Source: Pelagomonas calceolata
Taxonomy: Eukaryota
Length of the DNA stretch: 64,000 nt
Reading direction: 5' to 3'
Assembly (NCBI GenBank): GCA_918797485.1
Contig: CAKKNE010000001.1
Coordinates: forward strand, 2,046,001-2,110,000
A program made the translations under genes and the position numbers. The notes under the pieces were generated by a model. That model was not told the DNA's origin. It was given only the letters and a program-made list of their open reading frames with translations, and made no database searches. Each line of letters opens with the position of its first letter. Within the stretch, counting starts at the first letter, position 1. Positions 54,376-64,000 of the stretch are shown piece by piece.

Positions 54376-55587
54376 ATGAGGATCCTCCTGCTGCTTGCCG
54401 GCCTGGGCAACGCGCGCGCGGGGGCCGCCGAGCCGCCGTGGGACGCGGACGACGCGCTGGCGCGCGCGTTGCGCGTCGACGACTGGATCCGCAACGCGAC
54501 GGACGGGCGGGCCGGCGCACCGCCAAACCACTGGCGCGTCACGCACCCGTCGGGGCTCGCGGCCGCGCCGGCTCCCTTTCACTTCACGGCCAACAACACC
54601 GTCAAGTTCGTTTTTGCGACCAGCATAATGATCAACGCGACCGCGCGCGCCGTCGTCGTCAAGTCGACCAAGTCCCTGGAAAAAAAGTACGCCAGCGGCC
54701 TGCGGCGCGAGGCGCTGTACCTGGAGTACCTGCGGGGCCAGCCCGGCATCCCCCTCCTCCACGGCGGCTATTTCGTGAAGGGGACGCTGCATCTGGTCGT
54801 CGAGCGGTGCGGCCGGCAAATCGGGGACGACGATCACAGCCTCTACCGCGACTACGAGGCGCTGGCCGCGTCGCGCCCCCGGGCCGTCGCGCGCGCCTGG
54901 ATTGAGCTCTTCCGGTCCGTCGAGGGGCGCGGCGGCTTCTTCCTGCGGGACTTCAAGCCGTCGCAGTTCACGTGCGGGGCGGACGCGCGCGGCGCGCCCG
55001 CGCTCTGGCTCGTGGACGGGCCGAACCCGAGCGTGGGGCCGCTCGCGGCCGCCCTGCGCGCGCGCCACGCGCCCGCGCGCATGACGACGCACCATCGCGA
55101 CCGATCGCACGTGCACGACCTCGGCCGCCGCGCGTGGCTGCTGCCCCGGCTCGGCGACCTCGCCGCGGCCGGGGGGGACTCACAAACCGCGTCCCTCCTG
55201 AGGGACGCCGTGCGCCGATGCACGCGCGAGCCGTACCCGACCTACGGCGACCTCCTCGCGCTCCTCGACTCCGACCCGGATGCCTCCGCGTCGCCGAGGA
55301 GAGGGACGTCGAGCCGGGGGGCGCATGCAGAACTGCCTGTCTACTCTTTCAAGCCGTGCGTAGAAGCCGTGCGTACCCGCAGTACTGTAGGTGCTAGCTC
55401 GGTAAAACCCGCGGGAGGCTCGTCCTCCGTGCGCACGCTGCCCCAGCGGATCGCAATTGCGACGGCTTGGGGGCGGCCGTCGCGCCGGAAAACCCCCGTT
55501 TTACTAGGTGAAGTCCGGGTTCCCGCCCACGAGCCGGAGGCCGTCGATCTTGATCCGGGCGTACTCGCGCGCCGTTTTTTTGGCTAA
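54376..55587 (+). CDS. Secreted PKDCC/VLK-like kinase; C-terminus uncertain
   Basis: Signal peptide; VVVK, EALYLEYLRGQPGIPLLHG, RDFKPSQF and VDGP. Confidence 0.7.
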   Translation: MRILLLLAGLGNARAGAAEPPWDADDALARALRVDDWIRNATDGRAGAPPNHWRVTHPSGLAAAPAPFHFTANNTVKFVFATSIMINATARAVVVKSTKSLEKKYASGLRREALYLEYLRGQPGIPLLHGGYFVKGTLHLVVERCGRQIGDDDHSLYRDYEALAASRPRAVARAWIELFRSVEGRGGFFLRDFKPSQFTCGADARGAPALWLVDGPNPSVGPLAAALRARHAPARMTTHHRDRSHVHDLGRRAWLLPRLGDLAAAGGDSQTASLLRDAVRRCTREPYPTYGDLLALLDSDPDASASPRRGTSSRGAHAELPVYSFKPCVEAVRTRSTVGASSVKPAGGSSSVRTLPQRIAIATAWGRPSRRKTPVLLGEVRVPAHEPEAVDLDPGVLARRFFG

Positions 55588-55595
55588 TTGCTCCT

Positions 55596-57419
55596 CTAAA
55601 TCGGTTTTTTTACTAGTGGGGGACGCCCGGCGCCCGGCAGTGCCACCCGCCCCGCTCCGTTTCCCACGTGACCGCGCGGTAGGGCCGGTCCAGGAGCACG
55701 TACGGCGGCAGGCCCGGCAGCTTGCCCCGCTCGCTCGCGGCGCCGCCGCCGATCGCCTGCGTGGAAATCGACCAGTGAGTCGGGCGCGTTCGACACGATG
55801 ATCGCGGCGCGGAGGCTCGCCAGCAGCGCGAGCCGCGACACCCACGACACGGCCGTGCCCACGAAGGCGTCGGCCTCCCGCGCCAGCAAGCGCAGGTCCG
55901 CGGCGATGTCCAGGGTCACGTCCAGCGCCGCCTCCGGACGGAAGCGCCGCTCCTCGATGAAGCGCGCCGCGGCGTACTTCGTGCGGTTCGCCTCGAGGAA
56001 CGCCACCCGCCTGCGACGCGCCGATGGCGTCGAAAGGGACGTCGACGGGACGCCGCGTCCGCACAGCCCGCGCGGCGTCAGGGCCGTCACTAGGTCCTGG
56101 ACGGCGTCTTGCGCGTCCGAGGCGACGACGACCGTCGAGATCGTCGGGTATTCGGCGACGAGCGTCTCGACGGCCGCGACGTATAAACGGGACGGATAGC
56201 AGGGCCGCTCCGCGGGACGCTTGTGCTGGCCGCCCGCGCGAACGGCCCAACTCTCGCACGCGTCGCCGCGACGGACGTGGACGCCGACGCTCCGGACGCC
56301 GCGCGGCGCGTCTCCGGCCGGCGGCGCGGCCGCCGGCGGCCCACGCGCCACGACGCGGCCGAGGCGCGCGTCGATGAGCCCGGCGCCGCAGCGCGACCAG
56401 CCGCGCGTCACCGCCCAATACGACGACAGGAGCCACCAGAGCAGCCTATGGGGATATAACATTTCCCGGCGCCTTCGTGGCGAATCGGCGCGTCGACCTC
56501 CGCGCCATCGACGCGACGTCCGCGCGACTGCGTGGCGATGCGGGCCCCTCACCGCGCGACTTCGCCGGCGACGACGCGGGTGGAGAACTGTCACGGTTGA
56601 TTTCCCCACGGAGCGGAGCTGGTGGCCGTGGTGGGGGAAGACGTCCCGGGGCCCGACCGCCAGCGCGTCGAGGCGCGCCGCGAGCGGCCGGGGCACGGCT
56701 GCCGCCTCCGCGCACGCGGCCGGCGGCGCGCCGCGCCAAAGCGCGCGCGCGTCCGGTTCCCCCGGCCCGGGACAGTTCGCCGCGAACTTGCCGGTCCCGC
56801 GCTGCGCCCGGGCGAACGCGGCCGCCGCGGCCCCGTAGTCCACGCGCGCCGGCGCCGCGACCGCCGCGCGCCGGAAGCGCCGCGAGTCGGCGAGCGCGAA
56901 GGCCTGCGCGGCCGCGAGCGCGCCGAGCGTCTTGCCGACCTGTGCGTCGTTGGGTCCTCTTCTCCACGCCATCGAGCGGCCGCCGTGCGTGTGTGACGGT
57001 GCGCGTTCGCCTCCACGCCATCGAGCCGAAGGCGCGCCGTCGCGGTGGACCGCGGCACTTCCTCTGGGACCGCCCCGACACCGTCGCCGCGGCTCCCCGA
57101 AGGCACCGGCGGAAACGGGAGACGCCGGGGCCACCGTGAAGCTCGTCGGGAAGGCCTCGTGCGCCGGGAGCCCGCACCACCAATCGTCCAGGGCCCCGCC
57201 CAGCGCGCGACCGCGCGCCACGGACTCGCCTTCTACGAACGCGGGCGGCAGGTACGTGCGGTTCGTGTGCAGGTTGTGCGTGCAGGTGGGGCCTACCTTA
57301 CAATAGCCGGCGCAGCGCAGCCCGTCCTTCTCGAGCAGCGCGAGCGCCCGGTTGGCGGCGCGCGGGTCCCAGGCGGAGGCGGTCCGTAGGACGAGTGCTG
57401 CGAGTGCGACGCGCCTCAT
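55596..57419 (-). CDS. GT23-like fucosyltransferase-like protein with several introns; 3' end approximate
   Basis: GVHVRRGDACE, VASDA and DLRLLAREADAFVGT..SWVSRL; signal peptide. Confidence 0.7.
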   Translation of the reverse strand: MRRVALAALVLRTASAWDPRAANRALALLEKDGLRCAGYCKVGPTCTHNLHTNRTYLPPAFVEGESVARGRALGGALDDWWCGLPAHEAFPTSFTVAPASPVSAGAFGEPRRRCRGGPRGSAAVHRDGAPSARWRGGERAPSHTHGGRSMAWRRGPNDAQVGKTLGALAAAQAFALADSRRFRRAAVAAPARVDYGAAAAAFARAQRGTGKFAANCPGPGEPDARALWRGAPPAACAEAAAVPRPLAARLDALAVGPRDVFPHHGHQLRSVGKSTVTVLHPRRRRRSRAVRGPHRHAVARTSRRWRGGRRADSPRRRREMLYPHRLLWWLLSSYWAVTRGWSRCGAGLIDARLGRVVARGPPAAAPPAGDAPRGVRSVGVHVRRGDACESWAVRAGGQHKRPAERPCYPSRLYVAAVETLVAEYPTISTVVVASDAQDAVQDLVTALTPRGLCGRGVPSTSLSTPSARRRRVAFLEANRTKYAAARFIEERRFRPEAALDVTLDIAADLRLLAREADAFVGTAVSWVSRLALLASLRAAIIVSNAPDSLVDFHAGDRRRRRERAGQAAGPAAVRAPGPALPRGHVGNGAGRVALPGAGRPPLVKKPI

Positions 57420-57858
57420 CGGTTGTTGCTGTATCGACGCATCGACGCTCGCGGACGTCTTCGTCCTCCGCTTCCAAGAGCGATGAGCTCCTGGCCGCTG
57501 CCCGGCTGAGGGCTGCCCGAGCTCGCTGCGCTGCCCGAGATCAGTACTCGGGCTGCGAGTGTGCTTGCTAGTGTGTGTTGTTATAGCCCCCCCTCGCCCG
57601 CTAACGAGCGGTTGCGAAAAACGAGACTTGCTGCCCCTCACACCCCAGGAGAACGCTAGTGTCTTACAGGCCGCTAGCAGCATTCTGGCCACCATGCATG
57701 TGGACTGCAGAGGCTTGGACTCCCCGCAGCCTGAAAGCCTGAATTTATGAACCGAGCGACGGATTAGGGTAGCTGAATTGACGAATGGCAGTCGACCGAG
57801 GGGGCAGCGTCGCGGCGACACGGCGGGCAGCCCCTCAGCAGCGGCTGCCACACGGATC

Positions 57859-59610
57859 ATGAGGCGGCGCACGCGCGCGCTCCTCCTGGCCGGGGCGGTC
57901 GCCGCCCGCGTCCTCGACACGCAGCGCGCCGTGTCGCTGCCCGTCGACTCGGAGCGCCAGCGCGTCGTGACCGTCGACGCCTCGCCCCTCGCCGTCAAGC
58001 GGGCGCTGCGGCGCTACGACGCGCGGAGTCACAAGGTCTGCGGCGCCGTCGTCGCCAAGGCCCACCGGCGGCACGAGCGGAACCAGGACGGGCTCGGCGC
58101 CCAGGTGCTGCGCGCGGACCAGCTGGCTCCATTACTACTCGCGCACGCGCTGACGGGGCTGCGCATCGCGTGCCGGTCGCACGAGTGGGACTTCGGGCAT
58201 GCTTATGGAGAGGAGGGCGCCATGGCGTTGTTCGGGTGCGGCCGCGATGACCGGGGCGGGATGGCGGGCGTCGGCGTCTTCGCGGCCTCCGCGGCCTTGG
58301 ATCGGTTGCTGGGCGTCGATGAGACGGAGCCTCGGGAAACATCTTGGGTCCAGCGCGTCTTCTCGCGGTTCCAGCCAGCGCCGGCGCCCGCGCCGGTTGT
58401 CACAGTCGTCAACCCCCGGATCTCCATCGAACGGCGCGACGCCTTCCTGGCGGCCGTGCCGCTGCTCAAGCCCTTGCAACGAGGCGAGGCCAACGCGTCC
58501 TTCGCGTGCGCGGCGTACGACGTCTACTGCGTCAAGGTCTCGGCGGCGTGGTCGAAGAACGTTTCTCTCACCAGCGTCGCCGGCGCCCACAGCTTCCAGC
58601 TCGCGCGGAAGGTGCTCCGGCCCCAGTTCGATTTGGTAAAAGCAGCGCGGCCGCGGCCGCTGGACGTCTGGGGCAACGCCACCGTGCGCGTCGCGCTCCA
58701 CGTCCGCCGCGGCGACGTCATGCCCGTGGACAAGGGTGATCGCGGCGCCCGCGAGGGCGCCGCCTGGGGCCTGCCCCTCAAGGCCCAGTGCAAGGCCGTC
58801 GAGCTCGCCGCGTACTGGCCCTGTCTCCGGGCCTACCTGGAGAGCCGCGCGAACGAGACGGCGCGCGTCGTCGTCGTCTCGACCGCGGGCCGCGCGGACC
58901 TGCCCGGCGCCGACGACGCGCCCGTCGCGGACGTCGCGTACCTCGCCGACCGCCCGCCGCCGCCGTGTGTTTCCTGCGTCCTGTTGGTTTTTGTGTCTTC
59001 GTCCTTCTGTCGCGGTGCCGAGCCCACGGAGCCGATGTTTGAGACGGGCCCCCGAAGACGCCATCGACGCGGCACGCCATCGATGCGGGGCCTGATGACT
59101 CAGCGACCACGAGAGACATACTACCGTATCACACGCCATCGATGCGATCAAACCCGTCAACGTTGTGCACGCAGGCGGGCGACGCCGCGGTCGAACGCGC
59201 ACGTCGATGCGATCGCGCGCGATTTGGACGTGATGGCGTCGGCGACGGCCATCTTCTTCTCGCCGGCCTCGTCGATGGCCCTGCTCGGCGCCGCGCTCGC
59301 GCCCGAGGACGTCCACCTCTTCGAGGTGTGTTTTGCCGCGTCCTTTTGTCCTTTTCGATTTGTTGTTCTCGGGACTTGCGCCGGCGCCCACTGGCTCGGA
59401 GCCTACTTCGGAGCCGCGCCCGCGGGCCTCCGACGCGAGAGATACCCCCCAGACGCCATCGACGCGATCTCACGTCGTCGCGTACCCACGCAGGTGCGGA
59501 GCCACGCGAAGGGCTGCGGGGGCGTGGGCGCCGCATGCCACCGGCTGAAGAGCCACAAGCGGGGCGGCGGCGTGTATACGGCGTCGTCGCCGTCGTCGCT
59601 TCCGAGCTAA
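57859..59610 (+). CDS. Fucosyltransferase-like (GT11/GT23-like) protein; in-frame introns including 59326-59493
   Basis: DGLGAQ, VALHVRRGDV and DLDVMASA..SSMA. Confidence 0.65.
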   Translation: MRRRTRALLLAGAVAARVLDTQRAVSLPVDSERQRVVTVDASPLAVKRALRRYDARSHKVCGAVVAKAHRRHERNQDGLGAQVLRADQLAPLLLAHALTGLRIACRSHEWDFGHAYGEEGAMALFGCGRDDRGGMAGVGVFAASAALDRLLGVDETEPRETSWVQRVFSRFQPAPAPAPVVTVVNPRISIERRDAFLAAVPLLKPLQRGEANASFACAAYDVYCVKVSAAWSKNVSLTSVAGAHSFQLARKVLRPQFDLVKAARPRPLDVWGNATVRVALHVRRGDVMPVDKGDRGAREGAAWGLPLKAQCKAVELAAYWPCLRAYLESRANETARVVVVSTAGRADLPGADDAPVADVAYLADRPPPPCVSCVLLVFVSSSFCRGAEPTEPMFETGPRRRHRRGTPSMRGLMTQRPRETYYRITRHRCDQTRQRCARRRATPRSNAHVDAIARDLDVMASATAIFFSPASSMALLGAALAPEDVHLFEVCFAASFCPFRFVVLGTCAGAHWLGAYFGAAPAGLRRERYPPDAIDAISRRRVPTQVRSHAKGCGGVGAACHRLKSHKRGGGVYTASSPSSLPS

Positions 59611-59754
59611 CCCAGGTCACAACATTCTAAATTAGGAGTCCGGGCCCCATCGCGACCCCGTGCCGCCGCCGAAGGCTCGTAGCACGCGCCCGCGCCCCGC
59701 ACGACGTTGTGCGCGTACAATTGTGCCGGCCGAGGAATCGACGCCGCCGCCACG

Positions 59755-60516
59755 ATGGTGCTGGACGGTGATGGGAACCGCTGGAACGCCCACGTCGACC
59801 CGGCCTCGGGCAACACCTACTACGTCAACGAACGCACGGGCGTGTCCAGCTGGACGCTGCCCAAGAAGGGCACCTCCGCCAACGGTGCGGCGTCGGGCGG
59901 CGCGAGCCCGCTGAAACTCGCGCTGGGCGTCGTGATCATCGCGGTCCTGGCGTGCTTCCTGCCCGCGGACTCGGCGCTGCGAGGAGCCGTCCCGTTTTCG
60001 TTTCCCACGCTGTACGGAGCCGCGTCCGAAGTCCCGACTCCGTCGCGACGCGAACGCAACCCTCCCGCGCAGGAGCCTGGCCGCGCTGCGGTCGCTGCGC
60101 CTCGTCGACGTCGTCGCCGCGCTGCCCGGTTCGCTTGCGGTGTCCTTTTGCTCTTTGCTCGTCCTCGCGTCGCGCGTTCTCGCGGCACTCCGTGCGTGGC
60201 GAGAGGACCCCGCCGGACGCCGTCGACGCCGACCCGCGCGGCCGCAGGCGCGCCGTCGGCCGAGCGGCTCCTCGAGGCCGTGTCGACGCGGCACCTGCCC
60301 GACGCCGCGACGGCCGCCGGCGGCTCGGTCCCAACGAAGAAGCTCGCCGGCGCCGCCGTCGTCGGCCTGGTGTGTTTCCCGCGTCCCCTTTTCCAGTCTT
60401 TGTGATCCGACGCGTCCCGCGGTCTCGCGGCTGAGCCCACTTCGGAGCCGCCCAAGACGCCATCGACGCGATTCATCTGCGCGCAGGCGGGCTACAAGAA
60501 GTTCGTCGCCAACTGA
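59755..60516 (+). CDS. Small WW-domain membrane protein with introns; start uncertain
   Basis: WNAHVDPASGNTYYVNERTGVSSWTLP followed by hydrophobic segments. Confidence 0.55.
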
Positions 60517-60564
60517 TCCCATGTTCCCCCCCCTCTGCCTAAGCGGTGGTTTTGTCGATACTAT

Positions 60565-61867
60565 TCAAAGATTTATCGTCGCCCCCGTGAGCCGCTCGGA
60601 CACGTCCCAGAGCCGCCGCGCGAGCGCCGCGTCGCCCGCCGCTTTGTTTGGGTTCCCCCGCTTCAGACCGTCGAAGTAAGGGCCGCCCGGGTCGGCTGCG
60701 AGGTCCGCCTCGGCCGCGAGGCGCACTTGGCCGTTCGCGCCCAAAGACACGGGCAAGATGAACTTGGCCATGCCCTCCATGAGCTTCTTTTGTAGCGGCG
60801 ACATCGTCTCGAACGCCTCCGTCTGCGACACGCCGGCCTCGGCCGCGTCGACACCCTGGACCAGATACCGCGACAGGTCCGTCTGCACGACGCCGGGGTG
60901 CACGGCCACGGCGGTGCCTTTTGACGGGAGCCGCCGTCGCAACTCCTCGACAAATAGAACATTAAAAACCTTGGACAGGCCGTAGTTCGTCCACGCGCCG
61001 TAGGGCGGCTCGAGGTTCGCGTCCAGCGCCTGGGCGATGGCCTTCCCATCTACAATCTTGTTCGCGTCCGACGAGACGGCCACGATCCTAAAAGCGGAAC
61101 TCTTCTCGAGCAGCGGCAGCAAACTCGCGACGAGCGCGTAGTGGCCGAGGTGGTTCACGCCAATCTGCCGCTCGAAGCCGTCCTTCGTCGCGAGGCGCTC
61201 GGGGATGGCCATGACGCCCGCGTTCTCCATCAGCACGTCTATTTTCGATACGGACTTGGGCAGGCGGCTCGGCAGCGACTTGACGCTCTTCAAATCAGCC
61301 AGGTCCAGGGCGACGCCTGATACTTTGCGGCCCGTGCGTTTTTCGATTTCATTCACGGCCTGCTGGGCCTTGGCGTCGGTCCGCGCCGTCGCGACGACGT
61401 CGGCGCCGGCCGCGGCGAGCCGCGCGGCCGACTCGAGGCCGAGGCCCGAGTTCGCGCCCGTGATGAGCACCGTGCGGCCGGCGAGCGAGCCCGGCGCCGG
61501 CGCGAAGACCTCGTCCGTTTTTGCCAAGGCCTGTGTCGGTTGTGCTGTGACGCTCGCGCGTAGACAAAAAATGCCCGTGGTGTGGCGCTCTCTACGCCGT
61601 CGACGCCAGGCATCTGTGGCGCTCTACGCCATCGACGCGAAGCATCTCCTACGCCGTCGACGATGCGACCCGCCGCGCGTCGACAAAAACTGCGCGCAAT
61701 TCGAAGGCACGCATGCAACGCTGGCCAAGCACCGGCAACGACGGCCGCAGCGCGACGCCCGCCGCCGCGAGCCCACCGATGCTGCGGCGTGTGACTGCGG
61801 CCTGGGGCGTGCGCATGCTGCTGCAGGCTCGCAAGAGCAGTGCGACGAGCAGGCGCTGCCGCATCAT
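60565..61867 (-). CDS. Short-chain dehydrogenase/reductase (retinol dehydrogenase/Tic32-like), probably plastid-targeted; intron near 61531-61720
   Basis: TGANSGLG, ENAGVM, GVNHLGH, YGLSK and HPGVVQT. Confidence 0.88.
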
Positions 61868-62169
61868 TGTCAGGGTGTAAACGGCGCGCAGTCGAGGAGT
61901 TCTGGTGTCCTGGGGTGCGAGCTGTGACTCGGAGAGCAGCTCTGTGTGGCGGCACCCCAGTTTGCTAGTGTCTACGACGCTAGCTCACGGTGAAAACAGA
62001 CGTTCTTCAGGTCCGGACGGCTTCCTGGGGGAACCATACTCGTGGGAGCGGCGACGCGTGGTGGCGGCCGACCTCTTCGCAAGTCTTGACGTATTGTTTG
62101 CAACCCCGCGAGCATGTCTTGCGCCCGGCCCGAGGCCGCGCGGCGGATAGTTATTCCAATATAATATAC

Positions 62170-62983
62170 TTACTCTTCCGCGGATTTAAGCTCGACCTCG
62201 ATGGCCTCGCCGACCTTGCGGAACCGCTCCTGGACCATCGCGACGAGCAGGTCCGCGCGGCCGCCCAGCTTCGCGTAGGTGCCGTGGGCCTGGATCGTGA
62301 CCTTCTTGACCTGCGCATAAACCGACCAGTGAGCGGACCGGTCCACGAGACGAAGACGTCGCACCGAAATTGATTTTGGGACGCGGCGTGTTCGTGCCCC
62401 GAAAGCGACGGCCATCGCGACAATCTCCCACGCCGCCCACACGGGCGGCGGGAGCAATTTGGCCTCCGCCTCCGAGAGCGGAGTCGATACCCAACCTGCG
62501 CCGCAATATGAACGCGCGCACGGGCGAAAATTACACAGCCGCCACCAGCCCCGGTCCTCATCTCGTCACCGTCCGGCAGGCAGCCGTCGACGACGGCAAT
62601 AATATGCCGCGGGAACACCGGCGCCTGGCACCGCAGTTCTAGCGCCCGCTTCGCCTCCTCGAAAAACTTGGTCTCGGCCGTCGCAAAATCCGGTTTCGCC
62701 CGGTCGGCGACCCAAACCTCCAGGGCCAGAGGCTCTTCGCAGGTGGCGAGGACGCACGAGGCGTCTGCTTTCACGCCTGGATACGCGCCGAGCAATACGG
62801 CTCGTTGCGGCACGAAGTGGACGGCTTTGCGGCCTGGGACAATGTCACAGTCACTCCTCCAAAAGTGTCGTGTACCGTTGCCGCCTTCCGTCCAGCGGTA
62901 ACCGCCTTGCTCGTAGACGTTCTGAGGAGGGCCGTTCGGCACGCGTGCGGTCGTGAAGGCGACGGGAGCCGTCTGGTTTTGCA
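62170..62983 (-). CDS. Hypothetical protein with introns
   Basis: Coding-like frames 62983-62545 and 62310-62170 separated by intron-like sequence. Confidence 0.45.
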
Positions 62984-63282
62984 TGCCCCAACCAAGCAAT
63001 GCAAGGCAAATGGATACAGGAAACCCGCGGCGCGGAACGTTAGGAGACGCGTGCAGGCTGTCGCAGGCGCTCCCGACGCTTCGCAAACGCCGCGAGGCCA
63101 ACGCCAATCGCGCGGTATTTTTGGTCGGACGCGGCGACTTGGCTCTATATATATTCGAATTCTGCATTACTCGGGACTTCTAACCGGCGCACGAGGCGGC
63201 TGCATTATGGTATCGTAGTTCTGTGAATTAGCGCCATGCGAGGAATAACGGCCGCGACGCCGCGCGACGACTCCTGGTCCGT

Positions 63283-63975
63283 CTACAAGACGCGCAGCTC
63301 GTCCGCCCGGACAGTCTCCCTGAAGCAGCCCTTGTCGAAGAAGACGATGAACACGCCCGGCGTGTCCTCGGCCTCGACGACGCCCTCGCGCCCGTACTTC
63401 ATCCAGACGACGCGGTCGCCGACTGCAGCCTCTCGCTGGAAGCGCCGCTTCGGCGGCGGCGGCGCGTCGACGACCCTAGGCCGCTTGTCTCCGCGGCTCG
63501 ACCGGCGCGCCGGCTTGGCCGACGCGAAGAAGGCGTCCAGCTGAGCGTGGCTGGGCGACGGCCGCCGCGCGATGGGCGGCCGCCGCGCGCCCGCCGCAAA
63601 CCGCCGCGCTGTTCGGGGCGCGGCGACCGCGTCCTTCTGCTTCTGCTCCTCGTGGGCCTTGGCGTCGGCGCGGTCGATGTCGCGCACGAGCTCTTCAGCC
63701 CGCTCCGCGCCCAGGCCGAGCGGCCCCAACAAGGCCACGAGCGACTTCACGGCGTCGCCGTCGTGCGGACCCGCCGACGTTATCATCCTTTGCCGCGCCT
63801 TGAGCCGGGCCGTGGCGTCGCGCGAGGCGATGGGCCGCTCGCCCTGCGACGGCGCCGGCGTCGGCGCCGGGGCGTCGCCCGACTCCGTGCGCGGCGCTTC
63901 GGGCGACACCACGTCCACGTCCATGGGCTGCGTCGCGTCCGGCGCCGGCGCCGGCGCCGGCCCCGCAGCGGCCAT
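63283..63975 (-). CDS. Hypothetical protein; may start beyond the window
   Basis: 230-aa ORF, open toward the window end, with an SH3/Tudor-like tail (VGDRVVWMKYGREGVV). Confidence 0.5.
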   Translation of the reverse strand: MAAAGPAPAPAPDATQPMDVDVVSPEAPRTESGDAPAPTPAPSQGERPIASRDATARLKARQRMITSAGPHDGDAVKSLVALLGPLGLGAERAEELVRDIDRADAKAHEEQKQKDAVAAPRTARRFAAGARRPPIARRPSPSHAQLDAFFASAKPARRSSRGDKRPRVVDAPPPPKRRFQREAAVGDRVVWMKYGREGVVEAEDTPGVFIVFFDKGCFRETVRADELRVL

Positions 63976-64000
63976 CGCCGCCGCCGCGATCTTGTTGAGG

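Overview
GC-rich, gene-dense eukaryotic nuclear DNA with short spliceosomal introns (GT-AG and GC-AG). Intron style, gene content and DUF285 proteins suggest a pelagophyte alga (Pelagomonas/Aureococcus-like); that assignment is inference. About 35 protein genes are present. They include ISWI, eIF4G, UTP20, DnaJ, a GRIP golgin, a LYR protein, DUF1499, a mitochondrial-type carrier, an SDR, two inverted copies of a GSTCD-like methyltransferase, and a cluster of secreted PKDCC/VLK-like kinases interspersed with fucosyl- and mannosyltransferase-like genes. The strongest result is two disrupted tRNA genes 1.7 kb apart that standard scans would probably miss. One is a circularly permuted tRNA-Cys(GCA), with its 3' half upstream of its 5' half (40349-40427, +). 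The other is a tRNA-Asn(GTT) split by four non-canonical introns, each with archaeal-type bulge-helix-bulge geometry, that splices to an exact 73-nt cloverleaf (42098-42251, -). Also found: a CTAG-bounded 17-22 bp motif at most divergent gene starts, introner-like intron families, a TIR-bounded MITE-like element and a LINE 3' remnant. Protein family calls come from motif recognition by eye, and many exon boundaries are approximate.
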